This document shows, piece by piece, positions 26,353 to 39,832 of a stretch of DNA of 64,000 nt. How positions within the stretch are numbered: position 1 is the stretch's first letter; every line of letters starts with the position of its first letter. The notes beneath the pieces are model-generated. The model did no database searches. It was given only the letters and a program-made list of their open reading frames with translations, and was not told the DNA's origin. The translations under genes and the position numbers were made by a program. The stretch is from Ophelia neglecta (taxonomy: Eukaryota), in NCBI GenBank assembly GCA_965285935.1, contig OZ260661.1, forward strand, positions 24,366,001-24,430,000. The letters run 5' to 3'.

Positions 26353-29300
26353 ATGGAACGTTGGCAAGGAAGAGTTGCCTTGGTGACCGGAGCCAGTGCA
26401 GGTATCGGAGCCGCCATCGCCAGGAGACTTGTAGAGTCTGGTATGATAGTCCTGGGATGTGCCAGAAATATCGACTACATACAAGTATGTCTGTTAAGAG
26501 TAATCGGCAATTATATACAAATTACGCTAGAATACCTTGGTTTAGAAGACAACTTCCATACCGACCCTGCCAAACTAGTTTTTACATTTTACTCCAAAAT
26601 ATATTGAATATAATGCTTGGCGAAATTTCCCTGCTCCCGAAAATGTTTTGATTAACACAATTCATATTATATACATTGTGTCCCAGGTCATGTCTGAGGA
26701 GTTGAAGGCCACCAGAAAAGGTTCCCTACATGCATTGCGCTGTGACCTGAGGAAGGAGGAGGATATTATATCAATGTTCTCAGAGATAAAGGCACAACAT
26801 GGAGGAGTTGATGTGTGCGTTAATAACGCCGAGTTAGGATCTGATAACAGTAGTATGCTGTACGGGAAGACGTAGCAATGAAGAGAGATACTCGATGTAC
26901 GCGCTTTTAATTGTTAACGATTTTTTAACCTATAGATGTTTTGTATTAGAAATACTAAAAGTAAACGGTATTAAAAAAACCTCTAAAAAATTTGCAACAA
27001 ACTTTCAAACTCCGTCTGTTTATTCAAAATATAATGTACCATGGCCGCCTTCCGAAGTCAATAGGAGGAATTTACATGGATGCATTTGTGAACACAGGTT
27101 TATGTCATGGCTTTAGCGATTTGTACCAGAGAATCCATCAAATCAATGAAGGAAAGAAAAATTGACGACGGGCACATTGTTCAAATATCCAGTTTGGTTT
27201 CCATTTTTCTATTTTCAAGACGGTATTGTCAACGCATTCCAAACCAGAGGCAAACGATCAAACATATACTAAATTATTGTTAACATTTGGCTTGTGTCCC
27301 TGACGGGAAATATAATAGCAGTGATTCGAGGCTGAAAGATACAGTGAAACCTGTGTTTGTGGTCACCTGTTTAAAAAGGGTCACCTGCCCGATATGGTCA
27401 CGGAATAATACCTCAATCCCCATTTATGCTAGTACTAACTGACCTGCCTATTGAGGCCACCTAAATAATGTGGTGAGTTTTTCCTAACTGAACTGATAAG
27501 ACAGGTTTCTCTGTAAATAAGACACCGCTGCTATGATATTCCATGTCTTCTTTAACGTGGTAAATTTTGCATATAACTGATGTGTCAAATCGGTGTCCCG
27601 CAAATCTGAGTAGGCTGAAAACGCTACGATGGTCCATAATGCATGTAAAATGTATTTGTTTCAATTGTCTCAGTTACTACCACTTACCATTGCCTGATAA
27701 TCATTGGTATAGTTCCAGCAAGTGGATGGTGCGGGAGATAACAGACTATCTGAGGATGGAGCTCAGGGCGGAGAAATCACGGATTAAAGTCTCGGTAATA
27801 TTTGTAGTTTCAGACAAAAAACGTTTAGACTAGCTCATTGGCTATTTTAATGATATTTGCCGGCTCCAATATTGTAACGGCAAAAATAGAATATATGTAC
27901 ACAACGAAAACGAAAGCTGTAACAAAAGCAGCATCAGTAGAAAAATAGTGTACATTTTAATCTTATGACCAAACGGTAACCCAAACACTTATGATTTGTA
28001 CTAGGAATAAATGGGCCAGGGAAGGGCAAACATTGAACTCGTATCGTCCCACGCTAAGAGGCCAAGCTGTTTTCAGCACAGACTCCGCCGTTTACGTAAA
28101 GTCCAACAACTGTTTTCCGAAAGATAGCACTAAATCCTAAAGTCGCAAAAATAATTACCGGCAAGAAGCAACAGACTAATAGCGCATACATAAAGTGACT
28201 TTGACTGCACCTGTCCGTGATTTTGTTTTTATCCACCATGTCGTTCCATCACGTGTTAAGATTTTACAAGTTTGAAGTGGTATTCAATAAATGTCAATGC
28301 AAAAACTACATTTCTTTCCCGGTTCATACGCAAGTGTAAGATGGCCACGAAAACCAACGTCACTTCAATCTGAGATATCAATATATTTTGCAGGCTATAT
28401 CCCCTGGACTGGTGAAGACGGAAGCTGCTGCACGGGCCTGGGGAGAGGAGGCGTCCGAGGCACTCTACAAATCCAAGGAGGTATAAAACTAACTTAAATA
28501 TTGCGACCTGATACGATGCCGCCTGTCGGCCAAGCTGGGTTACGACCATTGAATTATAATATAAACATTTCCGGATTAGTGTCCTTTCTATTTATTAACA
28601 TATGGGGAAATAATGTGTATGCATAAGTACGCTGGTTTCCTGAGTTAATGTAAAGGAAAAGACTACATCAGCACCTGGCTTCACCATGTTTGCGAACATG
28701 TACATGCTCAAAGATTATGGTCTTGGACTTACTTGTTAAGTGGTATCATTTAAAAGTTTTTATATATAAGTTTCATAGCAAGTTTCGTTACGGTTGGGGA
28801 GCCGGGAGTTAAATTTGTTTGCCTGCAGCTGCCGGCTCCTTATGATTTCGAACGGATGTACTGGGCTATTCCAGATTTATGTTTGTGGTTGCTGTGCCAG
28901 TTATCCATTCCCATTTTGCCCCAGTCTCTCAGTGCGGACAACGTGGCTGACGCCGTAGTGACTGTACTCGGGACGACTGAAGAGGTCGAGGTACGTGTCT
29001 TATTTCTTATTACCGTGACTATGATTGTTATGGCAACTCATGGCACACTCTTGTCGAAACTGCTTCCTCCTTCCATGCTCGTTTGGGAAAGAAAACTTAA
29101 CCCCTTACAACAATAAATGATAAACTGCACATATTGTTCCGAATAATTAGTTCTCAGTTGCTATGAATGTTGACAGGTTTATATAGTTCATATTAGTTAA
29201 GCTATTTTATACTACTTACCTGGAAATGTTGAAGTCAGTTGTGCGGTCAGGCGCTAGAGTAGGGAGCAAATAATGAACGGTCCCGCGGCACGATTGGCGT

Positions 29301-29739
29301 GGACTACTAGGACTGAGCAGCTGAGTGACAATGTGTTTGTAGCGGTGATACAGAAGTTTAGTTTGTTCACTTTATTGTGGATTCAAGATTGGAAATTGAG
29401 TATTCCTTTATTTCGAGTATTGAGACAGGTATACGAGCAAATTTTAAACACAGAAGGTGACAGCAGATTTGTGTATGTTTATTTGTTACAGAACGACCCG
29501 CACACTTATAGAGTTGTATGTCAGTAGACGAGAAATAAAGTGTTGCCGTTAGAAACAACCCCAAAGCGTCCGTAAAGTCACTACTTAATCAGGCCACATA
29601 TTACACATTGCACAGATAACGATTCATGGCACTCTCAATCTAGTTCTCCGTGTGCAAGCGATAATAACTTTTGGTTTGTATTTGACTATTTCAGACAGAA
29701 GAGTTAGTAGTCATGACAACATCTGGATGGAATTTATGA
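26353..29739 (+). pseudogene. DHRS11-like SDR copy 3
   Basis: All 7 exons present (26353-26484, 26687-26896, 27098-27192, 27665-27794, 28394-28480, 28925-28990, 29695-29739). TAG at 26873 and TGA at 26879, NNAG changed to NNAE, intron 3 donor GT>TT and acceptor AG>AA. Confidence 0.92.
29135..29596. mobile_element. Solo LTR-like insertion, 462 bp, in intron 6 of copy 3
   Basis: TGTTCC...GGCCA flanked by a 5-bp TSD CATAT; copy 2 has the empty site CACATATTACAC; internal AATAAA near 29534. Confidence 0.75.
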
Positions 29740-30566
29740 ATAGTCCGGCTGTAGTCCAAGAGGAATGAGAGAAAAAGGCCCCAGGAGACCATTTTGAAAC
29801 AGCCAGAATTTTAAAGAACAAGATGTGTTTTAGGGAAAGTTACAGTTTAAAAGAAATAGTTTTGTTTTATTCATTGACTGTTCAACAGTAAGTGCAAATA
29901 AAGTTTAGCAAAATTATATATCACTAATACAGACCTGTTGTTTAACAGGGAAATTACAAAACAACTCAAAAATCAATAATCTAGTATAATGTATACAGGT
30001 GAAACATTTAATTAAGAAACTGACTTGACTAATAAACATTATCCATAAAATGCATTTACCCTTTTGCCCAAAATGGAGCGGTCTGAAACTTTTCATCGTC
30101 GCTTGTCACGACCCCCCACCCCCACCCCCATTGCCAAAAGGTGGGCCTGGACCAGGGCCTGTTTCTGGACCCACGCAAGGTGCTTTCAGAGGGTTGGTAA
30201 CGAGGACAATCCAGACAATTGCCTTGTCAGCCTTGGAAAAATCCTTCCTGAATTCCTGGATCCGCCACTGAATAATCAACGATCCTCATCAAACTCAAGG
30301 ACGTCTCAAGGACCATCGCCTTACCCGGCAGACACTCTCATTAATCAAGAACGGTCCAATGAATCGCTCCAAGGCTATCAGCAACTTCTACGTATTGTTT
30401 TCATGCATTCCATAGGTGTTCATTATTCGTATTGTGTTCAACGATCGTATGGCAATGGTTAGGGCGTGTGTAGTGCAAATCTATTTGATTGTGGTTATAG
30501 GTCCGCTTGGCATTCCATAGGTGTTCATATTTTGATAATATGTATGCGCTAAAATTTAGGTCATAT

Positions 30567-31279
30567 TGTGGAGAATGACATGGTGCCTCCCCCTGTGTAG
30601 ATTTTTATATACAATGCTATTAATAATTTAGAATTAATAGATTTTCATATACAATGCTATTTATAATTAAGAATTAATCCATGCCAATATAGACCAATAT
30701 ATAATCTTTGGTGACCGAAAGCTGAGGGGCATCCCGAGGTGACCATTGTGTGCATAGGAAATCGTAATTGTGACTTAGGGCTATAAAGTCCTTTGTGTTC
30801 CTCGGGACGGCCGGGCCGTGTGCGCAGTTAGTTTACCACGCTTTTGAAGGTGGCCATATATATTGTAGTTAGATCTCGGTGTACCGTTCAAACAATAATA
30901 AAGTTAAAGCCGGGCCTGGTACGCTAATGTATAGATGTTTACAGTACGCTGTGTCTTGGGGTGATTGCCGAGACCGCGACTGAGATAGAGGTAATTAGAT
31001 GGGAGTGGCCACGATGCGCTTGGTTATGATTCGGGATCAGAAATACCTATGGTGATTGTAGTGTAGAACTGTATATAAGACACGGAATAAAATGAGCAAG
31101 TATTCTTGTAATCCTAGTTGCTAGAGAGCAGACCGGTGTCCTGTCTTTACTAAGGGCGGTCATACCCCCGCTACCGACATAGCCGGGGTCCGAACTCGCG
31201 CCTAAAACAAAAGGGTAGGCTATGTGTACTTAATATCAATACACTGTGTTGTGTGTGTGACCGACCCTGGTTCACCACA
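30567..31279 (+). repeat. 5' LTR of element B
   Basis: Matches 37497-38209; 40-bp tandem duplication near 30599-30678; TATATAA at ~31072 and AATAAA at ~31086. Confidence 0.95.
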
Positions 31280-31283
31280 ATTT

Positions 31284-31295
31284 TGGCGACCACGA
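31284..31295 (+). other. Primer binding site, tRNA-Arg-like
   Basis: TGGCGACCACGA just after the LTR; resembles the complement of the tRNA-Arg(TCG) 3' end (from recall). Confidence 0.6.
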
Positions 31296-31430
31296 CGAGA
31301 CAGCATGTGTGAAAGTTTCCAGGTTGAAAGATCTAGACAACAGAGGCAACAGGACAGGCGAACGGAAAGCGGAGAAGTCTAAGGAGACTTAGTAAGTGAC
31401 TTTAAGTTAAGTTCGAGGGAAGATAAAACT

Positions 31431-32402
31431 ATGGAAGAACTACAGCAACAGAATATTCAGTTACAAGGAGAACTGGGCCAAGTGCGGCAGCAGCTACAGC
31501 GACTACACCAGCAGGTACAGGACAATGTCGATCCCGGGGAAGCCTTCAGAAATCACCTCCGAGAGGACAGGAGGGACAGACACGTTGAGAGGGAGGCCAA
31601 GCGGATGGAGCTATGCGACGGCGAGGATCCGGCCCAAGTCAAGCGCTATCTCAGGGAGATAGAGTTGACCCCGGAGAATGAGAAATTGGAAGTTTTCCGA
31701 CGATCCGCCAGGGGAGCCTTTAGACGTGAGTTCGAGCGTTACTTCGCCGCCCATCGACAGGCAGATTGGGGTGCCATTAAGGCCCATCTGCTAAGTAGCT
31801 TTGTCTCCGTAGACAATGCGGAAGCCCTTAAGCAGGAGCTACTTAAGATAAGACAGGAGCCCTTTGAGAGCCTGCTGTCTTATAACCGCAGATTTAGGGA
31901 GCTGGCAGCTGAAGCGTATCCCCCTCCCGCCGTTGGACAGAGAAACATAGATCAGGAACGGGCCCTGATAAAGGCCTATGGACGAGGGCTATCTCAAGAT
32001 TCGACCGCCCACAAGCTGACATCCCGTGGATGGCCGGCGAACTTAGAAGCGGCGATGGATAGGACGGCACAATTGGAGACAGCCCAAACTGTGTACGACC
32101 ATTTGGGTAGGATGACGGAGCCGATGGAGATCGGAGCTATTGTCCCTGCTCGAAAGCCGTTGTCAGCGGCACCGCCTCAACCGCCGAAGGACATCCAGCG
32201 ATTGCAGAGCCACATAGCGAAACTCGAGGCTCAGATCCAGCGCCTTCAGGAGCAGAGACGGCCTTCAACTACTTCCGGGCCGCCGGGCTTTAGGAGAGGT
32301 CCTTTAGGGTGTTTTAATTGCGGACGCGAGGGTCATTATGCTCGTGAGTGCCGGAGTCCAAGAAAAGGGATAAAAGCGACAACGACGCCTTCAAAAAACT
32401 AG
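31431..32402 (+). CDS. gag: Gag of element B, 323 aa
   Basis: N-terminal coiled coil, IRQEPFESLLSY, EPMEIG, zinc knuckle CFNCGREGHYAREC. Confidence 0.93.
   Translation: MEELQQQNIQLQGELGQVRQQLQRLHQQVQDNVDPGEAFRNHLREDRRDRHVEREAKRMELCDGEDPAQVKRYLREIELTPENEKLEVFRRSARGAFRREFERYFAAHRQADWGAIKAHLLSSFVSVDNAEALKQELLKIRQEPFESLLSYNRRFRELAAEAYPPPAVGQRNIDQERALIKAYGRGLSQDSTAHKLTSRGWPANLEAAMDRTAQLETAQTVYDHLGRMTEPMEIGAIVPARKPLSAAPPQPPKDIQRLQSHIAKLEAQIQRLQEQRRPSTTSGPPGFRRGPLGCFNCGREGHYARECRSPRKGIKATTTPSKN
32393..32399 (+). promoter_or_regulatory. -1 ribosomal frameshift slippery heptamer A_AAA_AAC
   Basis: Gag reads TCA AAA AAC TAG, the protease ORF is in the -1 frame, and GC-rich sequence able to form a stem follows. 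Confidence 0.8.
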
Positions 32403-35400
32403 CGCGTGACTGGCGCCCGCAGGTAAGCTTGAATGTTTCTGGTGTTTTGATAAGATTTTTAATTGATACAGGTGCCAGTCGTAGTTTAATTCGGTCGGAA
32501 ACGTTTTCGAAATTCAAAAATTGTAGGGCAAAATCTACTAGTGTGAGGTTAGAGACGCTTACGGGCCAAGACATTGAGACCGACGGACAAGCGACTTTGA
32601 CATTAGATAAGATAGGTAGCAATGTTTTCATCATAATTCCAACAATGGAGAATGAGGGCATCCTGGGGTCCGATTTTTTGAAAAAGTATGGTGCAAGTAT
32701 AGATTATGGCCGAGGGGTAATGGAAACTAAGAGCTTGAAAGTACCTTTCCGATCAGTGCAAGCAGGTTATGCGCCAAAGACAGCAAAAGCGACTGAAATC
32801 TTAGATAGGCCTGACTGGCTTTCTGATATAGACGGGCATACTGTCTTTGGGCCGGGAATCGGGCATTGTACGAAAGTTAGCCCTTGCAGGATAGAGACGG
32901 AGGGGCCACCAATCAGACAAAAACCCTACAGGCAGGCCCTAACAAAAAGGCATATTGTAGAACAGGACATCGAGAAAATTTTATATAAGACCGTCTGAGT
33001 CCCCTTGGGCCTCGCCCATCACACTGGTGCCTAAAAAGGACGGCTCCACTCGATTTTGCATAGATTATAGAAGAGTAAATAGTGTCACCCGCAAAGATGC
33101 CTATCCATTACCCAATATTCAGGACATATTTGACACCTTAGGAGGCAGCCGCTTACATACCACGGTTGACCTTCGTCAGGGGTACCATCAACTTGATTTA
33201 AGTGAAGAATCAATCGCCAAAAGTGCTTTTCTTTGTCACAAGGGCTTATACGAGTTTCTACGTCTCCCCATGGGCCTTGCGAATGCAGGCTCGCAATTTC
33301 AGAGGGCCATGAACTCCATATTGCACGAATACATAGGGAAAATCTGTCTGGTGTACCTAGACGATATTGTTATCTTTTCAAAATCAATAGAAGAGCACCA
33401 AAGGCATGTACGATTGGTGTTGGACACTATCGCTGAAGCGGGCCTGACCCTGAAAGCTTCTAAGTGTCATTTTGGCAAAGAAGTAGTGGAATTATTGGGA
33501 TATACAATATCTAGGGACGGCATCGCCCCTCAGGAAGCGAAAACAGAAGCTATAAAAAATATGCCACCCCCGAGAGACGTGAAGGGAGTGAGATCTTTTC
33601 TTGGAATGGCAGGTTATTACCGCCAGTGTATCCCCGACTTTGCAAAAATTGCCGAGCCATTGGTGAGACTAACTAAGAAAGATGAATTGTTTAGGTTTGG
33701 GCCTGAGGAAGGCGAGGCTTTTGACAAATTAAGGGCGGCACTATGCTCGAAGAATGTAATGTCTTACCAAGATCCGCTAAAGCCCTATAAGCTATACACT
33801 GACGCATCAAATTACGCAATCGGCACACAATCGGCGGGATATTAGTGCAGGAAAGGGGAGGTATTGAGAGACCGATACAGTACATTTCTAAACAATTATC
33901 TGAGGGACAAAAGAAATGGTCCGCAATTGAAAGGGAGGCCTATGCAGTGATCTACGCTATTCAAAAGCTAAGGCCCTACCTCTGGGGAGCGGAGTTCACC
34001 GTTTTTACTGATCACAAGCCGCTCTTATCTCTTTTTAGAGCTGAGGTGAAAAATACTCGTGTGCAAAGGTGGGCTATGTTAATTTCGGAATTTGGGTGCT
34101 CAATAGAATATAGAAAAGAAAAAAACAACATTAGAGCTGATATGCTATCCCGTGTCAAAATTGAGACAGTTTCGAGCGTGTGTGAAAGGTCAGGCCCTGA
34201 AGTAGAATTTGCAAGCGAATGGGAAATAGCCCAAGAGGAAGTCGAAGGTAGTGACTATGGGATCATAGAGGGAAAATTGTATTCGTTGATCCCTCCGTAC
34301 GTGGGGGCACATCCGCTCCCGAGACTCATGCCACCAAGGGAGGACAGGCTGGGGATTATACTAGAAGCGCATGAAGCAGTGGGACATCGTTCGTGGCACG
34401 CCACGCTCCGATACGCACAGGGCTCATGTGTATGGCCGGGCATGACCCGTGACGTCAAGCAAGTTTGCCAACAGTGTGTGCATTGTCAGGGGAACAAGCG
34501 CAATGGTCCCCGACAAAGATATGAAATTACAGACACCCCCTGTACCCCATTTGAAAAGGTAGGGCTGGATCTAATAGGTCCATTTCATCCAAGCCCAGAG
34601 GGTAACAAATACGTGCTTACTTGGATCGACCATCTCACAGGATGGGGGGAGGGATACCCGATCCCAGACAAGACAACGGAATCAGTATTTAAGAAGTTCT
34701 ATAGAGAATTTATTTCCCGCTTCCGTACCCCCAAGGTAATTGTCACTGACCAAGGCAAAGAGTTCATGAGTCGTGCGTTTCGTGCGTTAATGCTCAACTT
34801 GCAAATCCTGCATAAGCGAAACACCCCAGGGCATCCCCAGACAAATGGTACTGTAGAACGGTTCAACAAGACTTTGAAAGGCACGTTGAGAAAGATGGTG
34901 AATAATGACGCAAGTACATGGGAAGAACAATTGGGGCCTGCTCTGTTAGCTTATAGGATCTCTGATAATCGTACCCGCAGTTCAAATCCCTATAACTTGC
35001 TATTTGGCGTTGAGCCTAATGTAGACTCTTCCTATCAGACAGAACTGACACGATTAGAACGTATGCAGGCGGCCCGTAGGGAGAGTAGGGAAAGTCAGGT
35101 CCAGGCAAAGTATTACCGACAAGAACAGGGGCCCCGTGGGGATAAGCAGATAGCAGTAGGCGACTATGTGACTTTAGACACTAACTCACCTTAGAGATGG
35201 TGCACTAAAGGTCATCTCGGTTCGTGGCAACGTCGTTGCTGTGATCCCATTGGACCGGCCTCTGAGCGAGCCGAAGCGTTACCACGCTAATCGCCTGCGT
35301 GTGGTACCGCCCACATTGACCTGGGAGGACATAAATCCCAGAGTGCGCAGGTACGCGGGACCAAGCGACGCTCGAACACTCCAGGCAGCGGACCTAGACG

Positions 35401-35573
35401 GAGAATACGAGACATTGCCAGCAGCCAATCCGACATCTGTGAGACTAAGGCGGAAAAGACCCACTTCGCAACTCGCGCCACACTGGAGAAAACAGGCAAA
35501 GAAAGCACGAATAGAAGTACTACGAGAGGTAGGACGATGGTTTCAGCGCCAGGACTTGGTGTGTTGTTCATAG
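32393..35573 (+). pseudogene. pol: Pol of element B with three frame disruptions
   Basis: LIDTGAS, YLDD, YTDAS, HHCC and DDE motifs (GLDL, TDQG, VERFN). Lesions: deletion near 32985, small duplication near 33818-33836, deletion near 35190. Confidence 0.93.
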
Positions 35574-37287
35574 TGTTGATCTCGGCGGTAATTGCCGGGG
35601 CTCTGCAGACAGATCCCGCGCCCTACGGTGTTGTGACACTTCGTGAAGGAATAGGCAGAACTCAGACAGGAACATACGAGTTGGTACTCATAATACATAT
35701 AAGGAAGCGACCGGCTTCTTTACTACAAGGGTACCTTGACCCTCTTCTACGCCAAGCCCAGGAACTTTTAACAACTGCCAATTACACGAGGCAGGTCGTT
35801 AATTTAAATGCTTACGTGACCCGATTTCTACGACTTAGAGGCGCTACTAGAAGCAGACGAGGGCTATTTAACGCGATAGGAGAGTTGTCCAAGACTTTGT
35901 TCGGTGTCGCCACGGAAAAGGATGTTCGAAGGATAAGAGAGACAGTTAATGAACTAGTAGCTGAAGGTAACTCACTCCAAGTAGCAGTAAAAAAGCTTAT
36001 AATCTGTGTCAATCAAACCATTACACAACAGCAGGATATTTCAAAAAAGGTAGGCATATTAGCCACCCATGTAAATCAACTACAGAGAGATGTAAAACGT
36101 TATCTATATTTCTAGATAAAACTGGTATTCGTTTGTTTAATGCTGAGATGTTAATAGTGATTGAAAATGTACTATCGTTGGCAGAAGAAGTGTATAATAT
36201 GGAAAGAGATGCTGTCAGCCATTTCAAGTACAGTAGAGATCTAGCGGTGATTGGGCATGTCACTGAGACCTTATTACCTAGGTCTGTCTTAAAAGAAGTT
36301 AGAAAGCAGGTCAAGCTAGAGGTTTCAGACGAGTTTTTGTATTCTAGTTTAGAAGTCAAGATCATGAAACTGGGAGATGGTCTGGGTTATTGGGTCTCGT
36401 TACCAGTTCTGGGTGGAGAACCCTATACCTTATGGCGAATTCTGACGGTACCTTTCCCTGTTGGGAGTCGACACCGACGGGTGGTGCCTGAAGTCATGTC
36501 GGTAGGTCATGGGTTGGAATCCGGCAACTATATAGAGGCGGACCTGTGCCGTTACAGTAACCCCAGACTTTGCCCCTCCCCCGTAGAGTATGATGTACTA
36601 ACTTGTGTGAATAGCATTATAAGTCAAGACACAAATTTGTTAAAATATTGTAAGTCTGTCGAAATAGATAATCACTTTGTCAGTGCCAGGCGAGTTTCCA
36701 CCACCTCTGTAATAGTTGCCACTGACGGAGAAAAGGTAGAAGAGCGCTGCTACCTGCAAGCCCCGCAGTTTTACGAACTTAAAGCTAATACTTACCTTTT
36801 ATCCTTAAACGCTGGATGTGTGTTGGAAGGAAAAGGTTGGAAGTTTCAGGCGACACGGGTAGCTAAGCGTGAAATTGAATTAAGGGATCCGGTAGTTTTA
36901 CTACCGAGGGGGATAAATGTGACGAGTTACTTTCTAGAAGAAATGCCGAGAGTGCAGGTAGGGTTAAATTATACAGAAATTTCCGCCAGACTAGCTAGAG
37001 ATTATCTGGAGTTACCCTACCTAGATGGGATGAAGAAGGTTAAGCCTGTTTTGGTGTCTGGTGGTGCCATGGCGTACCTGGCCATGGCAGGTATAATTTT
37101 TATAGTAGCTGGAATTTTTGTATATCGTTGTGTTAAGCGAAGGTCATTGCAGAAGCGATGGTTGACCATTGAACCCACGCTCGTGCCCTCGAGTGATGGA
37201 GCCGAGGTTCGACCGACGGGGGTCAGCGCATCGCCCATATTCAGGCAGTTCTGCGGGCGGGAATCCAACGAGATTTTAAGTCCTTAA
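35537..37287 (+). pseudogene. env: F-type envelope glycoprotein of element B, one frameshift near 36110
   Basis: Signal peptide, furin site RSRR followed by GLFNAIGELSKTLFGVAT, heptad region, Cys-rich domain, TM AMAYLAMAGIIFIVAGIFVY, cytoplasmic tail. Confidence 0.9.
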
Positions 37288-37496
37288 TCGTGTAATCCGC
37301 AGGCCATAATAATGTCTGGGATGCACTAGAAACATTGTAATGAGTGTGAGCCTAGCGCCACTCAAATATATATTGTTGTATTATATAAACGCATGGTGTT
37401 GGTGTAATTATCGGTGCAACTTTTATTGTATAGTTTGTATTATTTAATGTAGTTGTTGAATTATGAAAGAGATAATTCATCTTAAGGGGGGAGGAG

Positions 37497-38209
37497 TGTG
37501 GAGAATGACATGGTGCCTCCCCCTGTGTAGATTTTTATATACAATGCTATTAATAATTTAGAATTAATAGATTTTCATATACAATGCTATTTATAATTAA
37601 GAATTAATCCATGCCAATATAGACCAATATATAATCTTTGGTGACCGAAAGCTGAGGGGCATCCCGAGGTGACCATTGTGTGCATAGGAAATCGTAATTG
37701 TGACTTAGGGCTATAAAGTCCTTTGTGTTCCTCGGGACGGCCGGGCCGTGTGCGCAGTTAGTTTACCAAGCTTTTGAAGGTGGCCATATATATTGTAGTT
37801 AGATCTCGGTGTACCGTTCAAACAATAATAAAGTTAAGGCCGGGCCTGGTACGCTAATGTATAGATGTTTACAGTACGCTGTGTCTTGGGGTGATTGCCG
37901 AGACCGCGACTGAGATAGAGGTAATTAGATGGGAGTGGCCACGATGCGCTTGGTCATGATTCGGGATCAGAAATACCTATGGTGATTGTAGTGTAGAACT
38001 GTATATAAGACACGGAATAAAATGAGCAAGGATTCTTGTAATCCTAGTTGCTAGAGAGCAGACCGGTGTCCTGTCTTTACTAAGGGCGGTCATACCCCCG
38101 CTACCGACATAGCCGGGGTCCGAACTCGCGCCTAAAACAAAAGGGTAGGCTATGTGTACTTAATATCAATACACTGTGTTGTGTGTGTGACCGACCCTGG
38201 TTCACCACA
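37497..38209 (+). repeat. 3' LTR of element B
   Basis: Matches 30567-31279 and directly follows the PPT. Confidence 0.95.
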
Positions 38210-38523
38210 ATTTGATTGGAGCGTATCGGTGTGCAAGACATTTTGATTGTGGTCATTGGTTCGTTTAGCAATCCACAGGTGGCCACTTATTGCTATCATG
38301 TATGCGCTTAAATGTAGGTCACATGCCTGAAGTTTATCGGCGAGATTGAGAGAACGCGTTCATCGTACCTGAGACAGAAGCTCGGACGGCGAATTGACGG
38401 GGCATAAGATACCACAAAGTCGGTAAGGAACCCCATAACCCACAGGTTGTCTGTTTTAACAAATCGTCCCGAAAACTGTTTTTTTAGTGATTATATACGA
38501 TACCATGATGCCCCCCCCCCCCC

Positions 38524-39599
38524 CACAGGGGCTTGTGTCAAAGCCCATGTATTTATATATAATAACCAGGGGAGAAACGTCAGAGTCAACCCCATCCCAC
38601 TTAAAATCACGATATTTCACCAAATCCAAAGTGTATAATCATCAGAATAGTAAATTTGGGTAGCCTGATAATAACTTATTACAAATAAATTAGAATGATT
38701 GCAATTTCGGCTAAGTTCATTCCATAATAACTGATTTTAAACAGAAATCTTTCGGTGCAGAACTAGGACGAATTTTCTGTGTCCTGTCGTGTTTGCCCGA
38801 AGCGTCATTACAGCGATAGCAAAGTAACCATATCAGCGCTAAATATATATACCCTGGCCCTCGCATTACTACATGTTCACGGCCATAAAACGTTCTCTCT
38901 ATACACGACGGGCTTTGCGTCGAGATATCCCACGGAAATGCCACAAACCGCAATTTATTGCAATAACCGCGGTCAGCTACGTGGACATTGATTGCTGGAC
39001 ATTGTATGCAGCTCCCAGCAAAGCTTTCGCTGATTGGTCGCTGTGATATTTTAATGTCAACAACAGCCTCCGAAGCGCACATTGGCGTGACGTAGTAAGC
39101 GTATTTCGCAACCGGGTCATTGCGTTTTCCAGTTGATAGTTTCACTGACAGCGAGTCAAGTCGGACGGGATTTAAGTCATTAAGCAAGAGTTTTTCGTCA
39201 TTTTATTGTACAGTGCTACCTATTAATAAAACATGGATATCGTCTACCTAGCCGAGTAACTGGTTTTTACCAATATCGTTCGGTACACCACATTTTCAAC
39301 TTGTTCACATTCTCGCATTCGCTAGTTCTGAAAAATGCGACAGGACAGACAATTTTCGCCCTATTATTGCGTTTTATTGATTGATTTCAATCATTAATTA
39401 CGCCGATTTGTGTTCAGGCAAAGCCCTTGACTAAGAATGATTTGAAATCTCTGGGTATTCTCCTTTCGGAATATGGTCTTGTTTTTTTCTGCCTCTATTA
39501 CTTTGCCAGTTATTGCACTTTAAAAAATGATTGGTATTATGACGTTTCTCCCCTTCCACTACGTTATATAGTATAGGTATGTTGACACAAGCCCCTGTG
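38524..39599. mobile_element. Non-autonomous DNA transposon with CAC termini (CMC-group-like)
   Basis: Perfect 18-bp TIR CACAGGGGCTTGTGTCAA plus subterminal inverted GGGGAGAAACGTCA; inserted in a poly-C tract. Confidence 0.8.
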
Positions 39600-39832
39600 C
39601 CCTCCCCCCCCCCCCCTTCTAGGGTAGATTCAAGTGCGCTTGATGTACATTCACCTACGTATGTAAACAACACGAACAGTAGCTAGAAATATATGGCCAG
39701 TAAAACTACCAAAATAAGGCTCGTGGTAAAGAAATGGATAATTTGCTGAAACTGAATGTTATCTCGGCCTTTATTGCATCTTCGTTCTGTGTACTTTTTA
39801 TTTCCCTGGAGCCACGAGTCACTGGGGGATAA

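Larger units (their letters stand above)
30567..38209 (+). mobile_element. Young full-length env-bearing Ty3/Gypsy element (element B)
   Basis: 713-bp TG...CA LTRs with 4 substitutions seen; TSD ATAT/ATTT; PBS; PPT AAGGGGGGAGGAG at 37484-37496; gag, pol and env. Confidence 0.97.

Noticed and set aside
29213-29223. U1 snRNA 5' end (TACTTACCTGG)
   Set aside because: No further U1 sequence follows; it is a consensus splice donor on the opposite strand.
32985-36115. Element B internal frameshifts as programmed recoding
   Set aside because: Apart from the gag-pol site, they look like ordinary deletions or duplications and lack slippery motifs.
38717-39187. 156-aa ORF inside the TIR element as a transposase
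   Set aside because: Non-ATG start and no DDE or DNA-binding motif recognised.
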